64,000 nt of DNA, from assembly GCA_026770705.1 (NCBI GenBank), contig JANJGN010000004.1, positions 145,328,001 through 145,392,000 on the forward strand. The letters are read 5' to 3'. Below, one piece after another: positions 1 to 12,089 of this stretch. The stretch's first letter is position 1. Every line of letters begins with the position of its first letter. The DNA comes from Isurus oxyrinchus (Eukaryota). The notes beneath the pieces are model-generated. The model saw only the letters and a program-made list of their open reading frames with translations, searched no databases and was not told the origin of the DNA. The position numbers and the translations under genes are program-made.

Positions 1-54
1 AACCATGACAGCTGTTGTTTCAAGTGGACGCCTTTGTTGTTGGGCACTAAAGGA

Positions 55-250
55 AAACCAATCAGCATGACAAAATATAGATTAGCTGGTCATTCATCTT
101 GCTGCAATTTATGGGGCTTTGTTGTTGGGAAATTGGCTACCATATCTTTCTGCATAATAACAGTGACTATATATCAAAAGTAATTCAAAAGCACTTTGCA
201 ACATCCTGAGGAAGCGATAAGGTACTATATAAATGCAAGTTCCTTTCCTT
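55..250 (+). mobile_element. Deu-domain SINE (SacSINE1/AmnSINE1-like), 3' part, degraded
   Basis: ...gattagctggtcattcatcttgctg...aaattggctacc...acagtgact...aagcactttgcaacatcctgagg...ctatataaatgcaagt resembles the Deu core plus L2-like tail; an opposite-strand copy lies at ~49950-50160. Confidence 0.55.
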
Positions 251-1694
251 TCCTTTCAAGCTGTGTGAACAGAGGCAACCATTGGTTTGTCTTGTCATAA
301 TCCTATCTCTTTTATCAATAGAAAAGATAATTACTTGCTTAATATACAGAAATGGCCATGTAGCATATTAACTTCTCACCTCATAGACTTTAACATTTCT
401 ATTTTTCTAAAAGCTATCCAATTCTCTTTTAGAAGAATTTGTGGGGTTTCACAAATAGCTTGTGTCAGATAATTTCTCATTCCCATCATCTTTTCTGAAT
501 ATTTTCCCCTAACCATCTTTTGTCTTCTTTTTTGATGACCTTAAATGCATGCCTTTACCATCTAGTTACCAATGAAAACATTCTATCACTATTTACCACA
601 TTATAACCCTTCATAAACTAGAACATTGGAAGACCATAGTCAGTCACCCATTTAACTTCTCAGCTCTGTTGAAGAAGCTAAACTTCTAAAGCATCTTCCC
701 ATCTAATTTCCTATCATTGATAACATCCTAGTGGCAAAGTGCTGTACTTTTTTTCCATTTGAATGACATTTTTTATAATAGTTTGCCAAAATTATGCATA
801 ATGTACCAATTGCAACCTAACTAAATTTATACAAGTTCAAATCAACAATTTGCTTTTGTATTCTAATGCTGGTAGGTATAAAGCCAAGGGCCAGCAATTT
901 ACCAATGACCACTTGTGGTCTGGAAGGTTGTTTTCCACAGATTAGTCAAACTACTTTACAATGTAGGCTTGTAAATTTAATTTCCATTTAGCACATGAAC
1001 TGTCACCAACTCAGAGGAATTAGACAAAGATTAGTATACTTCAAGGAAATTTTAAATTAAAATACTGGGCAATCTGTTTCATCCAATTAATATCACTCTT
1101 ACAACAAGATTAAATTGAAAAAATTACATCTGTGTAACATACAAGTTTCCTTATATAGGACAGAATGCTTACCGTTACTACAGTAGTTCCTCCAGGCCCA
1201 GAAATCTGAGTGTAAAGTAACTCAGTTCCAATGTTAATGATGTATGTCTGTTGCTAAGCTTGAAAACCAATGTAATTTTCACTTTCTTCTACACCAATAT
1301 TACAAGTACTTAAAATCAAATCAATTTTACCCAATGCATTGAAAAGGAGTCACATGCATCATTTTACAGGTTCTTCATGCATTTTGAAAATAATTTAATT
1401 GCCTATACAATCCTGCAAGCCAAGCAGCAAATATGGATTAAAGCAAAATTTGATTCAGTTACCCAATTGACTCAAAGTACTAGGGCAAGAAATTTCATTG
1501 GATAGCAGAGCTCCAGGCAGTGCTCTGGAAGTTTTGCACCACTTTTGTTTTCTTGTTCTGCAGGGCAGTTCCTGCACAACTCGCACTTCATATTCTGAAA
1601 GGAGCAGGCTGCATGCAAGGGTATCCCGAGTGTGCAATGGAAGACCATAAATCAATGCTATTGTGATTAATGAACAACGTACTGGATTTCCTTA

Positions 1695-2655
1695 TGAACA
1701 TATGAATAAGGAGCAGGAATAGGCCACTCGGCCCTTCGAACCTGCTCCACATTCAGCAAGACCATGGCCGATCTGACTGCAATCTCCCGCCCTCCACCGA
1801 TTCACCCTCTTTCACCACATTTTTTTTTAAGAATCCATCTACCTCTGCTTTGAAAACATTCAAAGACTCTGCTTCCACTACCTCTTGAGGAAGGGAGTTC
1901 CAAAGGCTCACTACCCTCAGAGAGAAAATTCCATCTCATCTTTGTCTTAAATAAGTGACCACTTATTTCTAAATGGTGACTCCCCTAGTCCTAGAATCAC
2001 CCACAAGAGGAAACCTCCTCTCCACATCCACCCTGTTAAGATCCCTCAGGATCTTTCAATCAAGTTGCCTCATACTTTTCTAAGCTTCAGTGGATACAAG
2101 CCCAGCTGTCCAACCTTTCCTTATAAGACAACCCATTCATGGTATTAGTTTAATAAACCTTCTTTGAACTGCTTCTAATGCATTTACATCCTTCCTTAAA
2201 TAAGGAGATCAATATGTACACAGTACTCCAGATATGGTCTCACCAGTGTCCTGCACAACTGAAGCACAACCTCCCTACTTTTATATTCAATTCCCCTTGC
2301 AGTAACCAATAACATTCTATTAACTTTCTTAATTATTTGCTGTACGTGCATACTAGCCTTTTGTGATTCATGCACTAGGACACCCAGGTCCCTCTGAATC
2401 TCAGAGCTCTGCAATCGCTCACCGTTTAGGTGATATGCTTATTTTTTATTCTTCCTGCCAAAGTGGACAATTTCACATTTTCCCACGTTATACTTCATTT
2501 GCCAGATCTGTGCCCATTCGCTTAACCTGTGTCCTCTTGTAGCTGCCTTAAGTTCTCTTTGCAGCTTACTTTCCTCCCTATATTTGTATCATCAGCAAAT
2601 TTAGCAAACAAAGCTTTGGTCCTTTCATCCAAGTCATCTATATATATTGTAAAAT
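1695..2655 (-). mobile_element. CR1 LINE, 3' portion (RT C-terminus plus 3' UTR), decayed
   Basis: ORFs 2522..2743 (IYIDDLDE...KFADDT) and 2196..2414 (QRDLGVLVH...LVRPYLEYCV); CR1 3' tail at ~1700-1770. Confidence 0.9.
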
Positions 2656-3209
2656 CAATGTCTTCCAGCAGCATTAGGAAGAAGATAGCAGTGTGGGCAC
2701 CATTACACCAGACACTATGATCATTCAGATGAGATGAGTGCACCAGATTTAAGTGCTACCCACCTAAGCCTAAATGGAAACAGACATCTTGCAAATCATG
2801 AACCTTGTGCCTGGAAATAAAGGCAACCTAATTTCTAGCCCTTGGTTTCATCTAAATACCGATGACCAGCACAAAGAAATTGTCCCATAAGGACATTGGA
2901 TTCTGCTCATTTATATAATTAGAATAATTCAGTGTATAGGCATACTTCTCTTCAAACAGACTACATGAGATTCCCTAGACTGAACCAATAAATTATAGCA
3001 TGGATTCACACAACTGTTCTGGGACAGTCACAGAGTGTCCTCTTTCTGGGTATTTTGTCTTACAATTGTATTTTGCTGTAATTTATGCAAGTCTTTATTG
3101 AGCCACCATTGGCCTGTAAACAGGTTGGTTCTAAAGACTAGAGACACTGGAAAACTGTGACCTTATCAGTTTGTTGAAAGGATATATTGGAACAGAACTG
3201 TAAAGAAAA

Positions 3210-5146
3210 TATCATTTTTTTCCAATATTATTGTGGGATACTATACTGTGAAGCACGCTTGTAGGGGCTGTGTGCATGTTGTGTGTTCATGTGCATGACT
3301 AATTTAATTAACTGAAGACAGTCAGATTGCAAGGTTTAAATCATCAAATGGATAAGGTGTAAAAGCAGGCATTTTGAAGTTGAGATGGATGAGCTAAGAA
3401 GTAATCCCAGTAGATACATCCTGAATAGGAATTTACTATAAGAGATAAATGAAGGGTGAATTTTTATCTGTTGAATTTCAAAGAGACAGAAAGGAAGTTT
3501 GACAACTGGCAAAGATCATAAAAAAATAAAGCAAAGTTATTAAGTATATTTTTCCTGAATGGCTGGCTATAAAGACAACACAAAAGATTTTTAGATTCTG
3601 GGAAAGGTAACTTTCAAAAGAACGTTAAGAACAATGGGCTTAAAAGGCAAAAGGGGAGAAAATATATTTAAGGAAAGATTGAAAGCTGTATGAGTTGAGT
3701 TGCCACATGAGATCGTGAAGGGTGGGCTGTGTGGAGCCAGACCTGTGAACAAGCAGCCTCTAGCCACCACAGAGAAGTGCTTGTTTTTTCCAGAAAGCCA
3801 AGATTTTGCACAAGCCTTGGATTTCCATTATCGAGTGAGCGGGAGAGCGAAGCTCTATGACATACCGTGTACTATCGCCAAGTTTGTGGATGACACAAAA
3901 ATAGATGTGAAGGCTAGTGGTGAGGATGACACAAAGAGTCTACAGAGGGATATAGACAGGTTAAGTGAGTGGGAAAAATGTGGCAGATGGAATATAATGT
4001 GGGAAAATGTGAGGTTATGCACTTTGGCAGGAAGAATAGTGGAGCTGAATATTACTTAAATGGAGAAAGACTGAAGAAAGCTGCAGCACAGTGGGATTTG
4101 GGGGTCCTTGTGCATGATTCCCAAACAGCTAGCATACAAATTCAGCACGTAATAGGTAGGGCAAACGGAATGTTAGCCTTTATTTCAAAGGGAATAGAGT
4201 ATAAAAATGGGCAAGTCTTGCTAAAAATATACAGGCACTAGTTAGACCGCACCTATAATACTGTGAACAATTTGGTCCTCTTATCTAAGGAAAGATATAC
4301 TGGCATTGGAGGCAGTCCAAAGAAGGTTCACTAGGTTGATCCCAGGGATGGAGGGATTTTCTTAAGAGGAGAGGTTAGTAGGTTGGGCCTGTATTCATTA
4401 GAGTTTCATGAGAGGCAACACTATTGAAACAGATAAAATTCTCAGGGGACTTGACAAGATATATGCTCCCTTGTGGGAGAGTCTAGGACCGGGGAGCATA
4501 ATCTCAGAGTAAGGGGGCACCCATTTAAAATAGAGATGAGGAGGAATTTATGCTCTCAGAGAGTAGTCAGTCTGTGGAATTCTGTACCGCAGAGGGCTGT
4601 AGAGGCTAGGTCATTCAGTATATTGAAGGCTGAGATAGACAGATTTTTAATCAGTAAGAGAATCAAGGGGTATGAGGTAAAGGCAGGAAAGTGGAGTTGA
4701 GGGTTATCAGATCAGCCATGATCTCATTGAATGGCAGAGCAGACTCGATGGGATGAATGGCCTAGTTCTGCTTTCACATCTTATGGTGTTATGGTCTATA
4801 ACAACAGTGGATACCTTGTGGTAATGTTACTGGATGTTTTATAGATTAATAATCAATTGGGATTGTTGCCTGAGAAAGGGTGTTTTATTTGTGAGTTTAA
4901 CTAAGTAGAAATATTTTGGGAAATGTTATGAAACAAAATGTAACTGTGTAACTGCAATCTTGTATGTTTAAGATTTCTTTCTTTTGTTAATAAGTGTTTT
5001 AATTTGGTAATGGAATCTTTACATCTGACTTCAATGCATATAATTTATCTTAATAAAATACAAATTGTAAATCATTGTGATAGTTTGGCCAAGTTTCTCT
5101 TTGGGATTTAATCAGTCCAGCATATACCACCTGCCATTTTATAACA
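3210..5146 (+). mobile_element. Solo LTR (family B), split by a CR1 insertion
   Basis: Start (aatattattgt...) and end (tttctctttgggattt...ataaca) resemble those of the LTR at 21544-22872; 5' boundary approximate. Confidence 0.55.
3866..4797 (+). mobile_element. 5'-truncated CR1 LINE
   Basis: KFVDDTK, WQMEYNVGKCEVMHFG, DLGVLVH and FKIEMRRNLCSQRVVSLWNS motifs; ends in a (ttatggt)n tail. Confidence 0.92.
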
Positions 5147-5304
5147 GAACAGTAACACTAAGACAAGGGAAGTTGCATTTTAGAATCTGATGTGCCTTCT
5201 TGATTATTTTCATACAATTCTAACTGTGGGATATGCTAACAAGATACATGAGTGTACATCATTACAAGAAGTGATACATCACATGATTTTGCTCTCTCTT
5301 GTAG

Positions 5305-5505
5305 AATTTCGTGGTAAGATGTCGACACGGGTAAGAGATACTTCAACAAAGTTAATGTTTTCCATACTTCAGCAGTCTCTGTAAATATTCCAAGAATATT
5401 ATAATTACATTTCAATTAAATACTTTGAACAGAGTAGTCTGGAATATATTTTATTGTTCTTCTGTAGAACCTTGGGAATCCAGCATCACCACTGAAAAGC
5501 TCTAA
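5305..5505 (+). other. Candidate micro-exon (5305-5313 or 5305-5330) plus candidate terminal exon (from 5468, TAA 5503-5505); gene unknown
   Basis: Pyrimidine-rich acceptors ttttgctctctcttgtag (ends 5304) and ttttattgttcttctgtag (ends 5467); GTAAG donors at 5314 and 5331; non-repeat context. Confidence 0.25.
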
Positions 5506-5639
5506 TATGACACAGTTCTGGCCTGTCTGCCCAGAATTCTGTGTACTTGTGCTTCCCCCAAGGCACTTTATTTGATTTTTGTTTTTAAATCACAAATTAA
5601 CTGCATATTTACACAAGCCATGTCAGATTTATGAAAAGC

Positions 5640-6550
5640 TAGGGCCACAAAATTTGATATGGCCTGAAAACAGACATGGGGATCAGAATGCATGGTTAAC
5701 CTTTGCCCATTTCTTCCAATGCAGGCAGCATCATTGCCACGATTATAGTACGCAGCCAGAGTTAAACATGCTATTGAATGGTTGCATTTCCTGAGCAGGG
5801 CTGCAGAGTCATGAGAGGCTAGAGCACTTAAAGTTAGCATGCATTACTTAAAACCAGTTTTCAATTTTTAAAAGAGAATTGCATTCTGACTCAGGAAGTG
5901 CTGGAATGGGTGGGGAGAATATCCAAGCAAGAAGACGACTGAAAATTGGCAAAATAGGAGAGTGAGCTCTAAGGTTCGCTAATGAAGCATTTTGTGCAGG
6001 AACTGGACAGGAGGAGAGACGTCCCCTATCCATAGGGAGCAAGAGGATCCCTACGTAGATGCTTCGAAGGCAGTGGGAGCAGATAGCCATTGTGGTGAAT
6101 GACAGCAGGGCCACAGGAAGTTCAGTGACCTCCAATGAGTGGTTAAGGTTAATGAATACATCACACTTAATACTGTTGCAAGCCTCACCTGCCACACTTC
6201 GCACCTTGCACATAATGCACTCAAACACATTGCACCATACTCACTGACACACCTCCCTCTCTCTTGCAGAACAAAGTGGCACCCAAATACAGGCAACATT
6301 GCCTAATTGGTGGACAGCATATCTTTATCACAAGGGAGGTGGCAGTGCTTTTTGGAGCAAGCACAAATTTAGTTGGAGCATTCATGTCAAAAACAGTCTC
6401 AAATCAGCATTTAAAGTCAAATGACGCCAGAATTTGCATACTCTACATATTTTCGGCTCATTCTACCAGAAGTGTACGCATGCAATATTGATGCCATTTT
6501 GGATTTGAATAGCATCAGAAATATGGGCGTTACACAACCAAACTTTGCAA
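5640..6550 (+). mobile_element. Highly degraded non-autonomous Harbinger derivative (Myb gene remnants)
   Basis: tcttgcag|aacaaagtggca (NKVA) matches the exon-2 start DKLAHN/EKVAHK of the other Harbinger Myb genes in this window; upstream WEQIAIVVN resembles the Myb helix. Confidence 0.45.
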
Positions 6551-6850
6551 CTTTGATGCCAAAAATCATGCCTTTTTAATTGAATGATAAAACGCTCAGC
6601 GCTTCCTGTTTCCAATGTCAGGATTTACCTTTCTCTGAAAAAAAGTAAATAATAGTCTCTCAGCTCTTGCAATCGGCTGTATTTTCTGTTATGATGACAC
6701 TAACATTGAGATGCAGCTAGAGGCTATAAAAATGAAATCATTTCCTATGATTTATAATATAAACTGTATTTTGATTAGCTGATTAGTTGCTTTGCTTTTG
6801 ACCATCTCCTTTTCCCAAACCTAGTATCACATCATCCACAAAGACCTCAT

Positions 6851-7163
6851 TGTTAACAAATAGAGGTAGTATAAGTAAATTATGTTTGTATTTGTGGGTG
6901 CTAGGAGTGAGTTTTAACTTTTAAGTTTAAGTTTGATTTGTATTTCTGTATTTGTGTGTTAAGAAAATGTCAAATTGAGTTTTAGTTTCACTTTAAAAGG
7001 TGAAACCTGGGATTGAGTTTCATTTTTGAGGGAGACAGCAGGTCCAAAGCTGTTTGTATACCTGCATTTCTAAAGATTACTACAACTCTAAGAAAAGTTA
7101 AAGTAAGCACAAGAGTAGGAAAAACTGTGCTGCTACCTAGCAACAGGCGTCCATAGAGGCAAG

Positions 7164-7205
<42 letters not shown>

Positions 7206-7830
7206 ACAGACCAAACTAGAAGAAGCAGTTTGAGTTCAGTTGGAAGAAGATGCCAGGACTGGCAGGACATGAAAACAGAGTTAGCAGGTTCCAAACCAAA
7301 GAAGAAAGTCAACAAAATTCAGGGGAGTAGGACAGGAGAGAGTCCTAAGAAGATCTTCTAATCAAAGGAAGGACAGGAACCTGGAAAAGGTCCTGTTAAG
7401 TGAAGTTAAAAGCTGCAGAAAGTAGATTAATGAGAGAGACCAAAAGGTCCAAAAAGGCAACAGAAGGTCTCTAGCGCTTTGCTATGGGCATGTGAAACAG
7501 TGGTGTGCTGTTGATGGCTGAGTTGGTGAGAAGAGTGCATGGAAGGAAGCTTGAATGTGTATGGTGACCCAAGGGAGAGGAACATCAGAAGGAGTGTTTG
7601 AAACCCTGGAAGTGGACTCTTGAGGAAGGTGTCTATGTGAAATGTTGTTTTGGAAGAAGATTCCAAAACAAGTTCTTGGAAAGTGAAGATTGGAAGACTT
7701 GTGTGAAAGATGGAGTTCAGTAAGACCAGTTGGCTCACAGTGTAACAAACATCTGGGGAGAGTTGAAGAGAGATTCATAACATCTGTTTGGGGCGGTATC
7801 TGTCACTTGGTTACAGAGTGTGGTGTGTCT
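6851..7830 (+). mobile_element. Solo LTR (family A), 3'-truncated
   Basis: Starts TGTTAAC; collinear similarity to 39586-40522, 56037-57421 and (reverse) 53223-55796, e.g. aaaggaaggacaggaacctggaaaaggtcctgttaagtgaag. Confidence 0.75.
7168..7208. repeat. (CA)n microsatellite inside the LTR
   Basis: Direct dinucleotide run with one interruption. Confidence 0.95.
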
Positions 7831-8360
7831 GCCGCAATTTAGTGGTGGCGCAGAGATTAAATGAAGGCCACGCAGAAATCCTTATCGATTTTGCCAACAA
7901 CCACCCTGGGGATGTTCCTTCCTATCAGGCACTCTGTGCCCGATTGAGGGACCCAGAAGCAGGAAGGAGTTTGGCTGCTGAAAGACAAACCTGCTCTTGC
8001 CTCCCAGCCCTCTTTTCCCCCACCCCATGACCTCCACCCTGCGACCTCCATCCCACCTTCACTCACCTGTGGTCCCTCTGCGATCCTGGGCCTCAGGTAG
8101 GTGCAGTGCTGCAAGCAGCCATTGGTCCCACTGTTGCTTGTGGCATGAGGTGCCGCCAGCCTTTAACTGGCAGGCAGTTCTTGGCAGGCGGGACCTCCTC
8201 CAACAGCAGGGACCTCAATCATAGGGAAGGCCCGAAAGTGGCAAATTAAGTGCCTGAAGGGCACTTGATTCTCTCGGTCACCCATAGAACAGATGTGGGT
8301 TTCCCATCACTTCTCCAAATGATGGACAAGATCCCAATGGCCAGACAAAATCCTGGCTGG
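7830..8360. mobile_element. Harbinger-type MITE remnant
   Basis: GC-rich body similar to 31850-32440 and 48740-49641; ends in TIR-like aaaatcctggc. Confidence 0.45.
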
Positions 8361-8399
8361 TTGTGCGATGCATTTCTATTGCCCACATGAATGGAGTAT

Positions 8400-9870
8400 T
8401 GTTAAGGTGACCCTGCTTTTTGTTTGCAAGAATGACATGAATAAAAAAATTCACTATAATGGTAACTCCTTTTGGTGCTTCCATGCAATACGACTTAGCT
8501 GAAGAAGATAGGAAACAGCAGACAAGGGCTACCAAAAAGGTGGATGGCAAAGGAAAACTCTCCCAGTCTCTCACTATATCACCCTTCAGAGCAGCAGACT
8601 CAGACATGGCTACATAGCTAACCTTCTCAGATTGTATCCAGGATACTTTAATTTTGGTTCAATCATCTGTGCCAGCTGTTCTGAAAGTTAAAACAGACAG
8701 GAAGCCTGTCTACTGGGAGACCAAGGCTACACTCTTTAGCTTTGCAATGGTGTCATTAGCCAAGGAACATAAACATAACATGAATGTGATTACAACAAGG
8801 ATCCGTCTGCAACTGCCAACTGAGAACACCACTTGCATTTTGAAGCACAAATTCAGATGTCTGCACAGATCAGAGTTACAGTAGAGCCCATAGAGTATCC
8901 AGGGTCATTAACAACTGCATGCTTTGGTTCTACAAAAGGTGACCATGGAGAAGTCCAACTTAGAAACAATGCCAGAGAACTAAGGTATAAAGTGAAATCA
9001 GGAAGACTAGTTTACCACGTTCTTATACTAATGGTCATAGTCTGGAGGTCTTCCTTTTTGTGTGCAGCTAGGTCTCAGTCATCTGTATAGAGAAGCACTT
9101 TGATGACTGCCTGTGTGACTTGTGGAGCCATGAAGTTTGTAGAGATTGAAGGGCTTAAAAGCAAAAAACTGTGGATGCTGGAAATCCAAAACAAAACAGA
9201 AACAGAAATACCTGGAAAAACTCAGCAGGTCTGGCAGCATCGGCGGAGAAGAAAAGAGTTGACATTCCGAGTCCTCATGACCCTTCAACAGAACTAAGTA
9301 AAAATAGGAAAAGGGTGAAATAATTATTTCCAGGTATTTCTGTTTCTGTTTTTGAGATTGAAGGGCTTCCCTGAACAGAACCTAATGCTGATTCCTATTG
9401 GTGACCTAATGCTGACCCTTATGAGAATCTTAGCTGTGATTAACAGAAGAATTATTTATCAATAATAGCCATATACATTTTTGGATCCTTTCCATTTCCG
9501 GATGCTGACCATGTTAACATCCTTGAGATTCAATTGAACACTTTCCTGATCTCAGATACTCTTGAAGATGTCTGTAAGTTTGTTAACAAGCTTTGTACTA
9601 TTACACTTCCAAATCTCTGCTATAATGCTGTCGGGAGCCAGGGACTTTGCCTTGCTTGGTTGATTTGATTGCCTTTATCACCTTCACAGTAGAAGGAGGA
9701 AGAGACAGGCTTTCTTTCTCAGGAAACTGCTCAATTTGATGCATAGAATCCACTGAGTTGTGGGAATATCTATTGAGGAGCTCATGAAGTGCACGTGCAG
9801 TTTTCCATTACAGGAAGACATGTAGATTATGGCAAGAAAATTCTCAACTTCTGGATGTTGCATTGCTGGA
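8400..9870 (-). mobile_element. RTE-clade LINE ORF2 fragment, heavily decayed
   Basis: Minus strand ~9420-9690 reads, across frameshifts, KAI..KQGKVPG..IIAEIWK...LKDVNMVSIRKWKG...LLLITAKIL, matching the RTE pre-RT region. Confidence 0.65.
9157..9353 (-). mobile_element. Penelope-type short insert with inverted tail and degenerate hammerhead motif
   Basis: Perfect 15-bp TSD gagattgaagggctt (9142-9156 / 9354-9368); 9328-9353 is the reverse complement of ~9193-9217; HHR-like core at 9257-9295. Confidence 0.75.
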
Positions 9871-9879
9871 CCCTCACTT

Positions 9880-11968
9880 GGTAGAGCACCACCAACCTCA
9901 CCATCAGCACAGGACTGGTCTAGATCCTCACCAGCCAGCTGGACGGCTCTGTTTTCATGAGGACCTTGATTTCGGACATTCCGCCACCGGTCTGTGACCT
10001 CTCCCTCTTGTTGTGTACCAGGTCGTCCAGCATAAATAGAGATGGAGAAATTGTAAGCAGGATGCTTGCCAGACCAGATGATAAGTATTGAAGAGTTCTC
10101 AAAATTCCCATATTTTTCATATCATCAACAAGGATATGACTTTCGGACTTTTAAACTGCTGAATTAAGTGTAAAACCCTGCAGACAGGAGGCTGGGTCCA
10201 TGAAGGCCTGGGGCTGCACATGCCTGGGCTTATTGAATACAGTGTGGATTGTTTTGCCTGAAACCAGATAATGAGAGGCGACAGAATACACATTCTTCTA
10301 TTTAATACAATCAACCCAGAGAAAGACTTCACCTCACACAAAACTGAAGCCCATCAAACTCTTGCATAAATAATCGCTACTAACTACTAAGGCAGGAAGG
10401 CACCATCAATTCAATTATGCAAACCCATCAATATTCCACACATACAATGGCTTTCAGTTCGAAACTAGTTACTAGATAGGTCTAGACAATGATAAACATC
10501 ATGCGAGCCCATTAAAAACAAGACATACAATCACCTAAGGAAACCCACCAAAGTCAAACAAAGAACTAACCTTGATTTGGATTCCGATAAGAAATTCGAA
10601 AGACAGTATAACTGGGCAGTCAGTTGCGAGAGAGAGAGAGAAAACAAGCTAGCAGAAGGGTTGCAGTTTTGAAAGCTGACAGGGGGAGAAATCAGCTAGC
10701 AAAAGGGTTGCAGTTTTGAAAGCTGACAGGAGGGAAACCAGCTAGCAGGCAGTGAGCAGTCGGGAGCGGTTGAAACAGAGTTTAAGCAAGAAGATCTGGG
10801 GGTGGCAGGCTCAATCAAAGGCAACAAGGCCGTAACCGCACCCTCCACCCAACTGAAGAACCTTCGCAGAATCCACAGACCAGGACGTGGGGATGGCAAG
10901 CCCCAGAGGACACAAAGAGCGTACCCCAAAACCAGCTTACCTGGCTGGATTTCGAACTGTCAAGGAACACCGCATTGGTGAGCATGATCCCTGACCTCTC
11001 CTAGTTCAATTTAGTTAGGTTTTGGGGGTTGGACAAGGGTAAGGGGATTAGTAGCGTGATTTTTCCCTCGTTATGCCGTATGTTCCCCATTCTTAAATAA
11101 GTGTACTTTGTAAGTCTGTATAATATCAGTGTAATTCTAATGTTATAAGTTCATTTGTGACTTCAATAAACTCAGTTTTTCTTGCACCAAAACCAGTTGT
11201 CTGCTGCACTTTGTCACAACCCCCAAATAAGTCCAAAGTCTAGAACCCAGGGAGTGGGAGCGATTTGAACCGCTCAGAAGTCAGAGGTGAAACTGACTCA
11301 CACACTACCACCCCCTACAAAATGCCAGGACTATGTCGGTGGTGGTGGTCCCATGGACAGGATAAGGACAATGACAGTGAGTGAGAGTGAATGGTGATGC
11401 CCCTTGAACCGACAGTGAGTGAGGGCCCTGTTGAGGTGTGATAGGTTTGTGAGTGTGTGAGTTAAGAGAGATGAGAAGAGTGACTTACTCTGGCGGAAAG
11501 GAAGATATCATTCATCCTCTTGTGGCACTGAGTGGCTGTCCTCTTTTGAAGGGTGTTGATGCTGACCACCATTGCCACTACCACTCAGGCTGGGTTAGTG
11601 CTGTTGCTGCCCTCTCTGCAGCCAAAGCGGGAGTAGAGGACATCCCAGCAGGCCTCCACAACATCCAAAAGGTGCCCAAAGGATGTGTCGCTGAACCTGG
11701 GGCAGCAAAATTCTCCAGTTTCAGAGCCATGTCTTCCGTGCAGCAGTGGTGGTCTGGAAGCACTGAGATGTGTGCTTGCAGCTGGAATTTAAATATGGTA
11801 AAATGGCACTTTAGTCACCAGCTGCGATGGCAAGTTTTCATGCCGTATCATCCCAAGCCCACCATATTATTTGTGTACTCCCAGGAAACATGCCATTTCC
11901 ATGACGGGCAGGTGAATGTCATTTTCCCGCCTGCTACAGCACTTTGTCCCAGATTTGCACTATCCGCC
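9880..11968 (-). mobile_element. Harbinger Myb/SANT gene fragment (exons 1-2) with an LTR in intron 1
   Basis: Exon 1 ~11490-11730 with GTAAGT donor on the minus strand (~11484-11489); exon 2 DDLVHNKRERSQTGGGMSEIKVL (ORF 9920..10120); homologous to 60092-60714. Confidence 0.8.
10089..11319 (+). mobile_element. Solo LTR (ERV-like, family C)
   Basis: TG...CA termini; interrupts the Harbinger intron, whose flanks rejoin; TATAA ~10607, AATAAA 11165; internal ~47-bp tandem duplication ~10648-10748. Confidence 0.7.
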
Positions 11969-12089
11969 TAACATTTTATCTATTAAGCCATGCAGCCTCA
12001 CAACATCCAATGAGTTCAGCTTGTCCCTGTCAGTGGTATCTTCCCCTTAGCATTTATACTAGGATCTAGAACTAACCCTTATATAATCA

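Noticed and set aside
11453-11971. 172-aa plus-strand ORF, and similar ORFs at 14707 and 54618
   Set aside because: Antisense or alternative frames of Harbinger Myb exon 1; their recurrence reflects the repeat family
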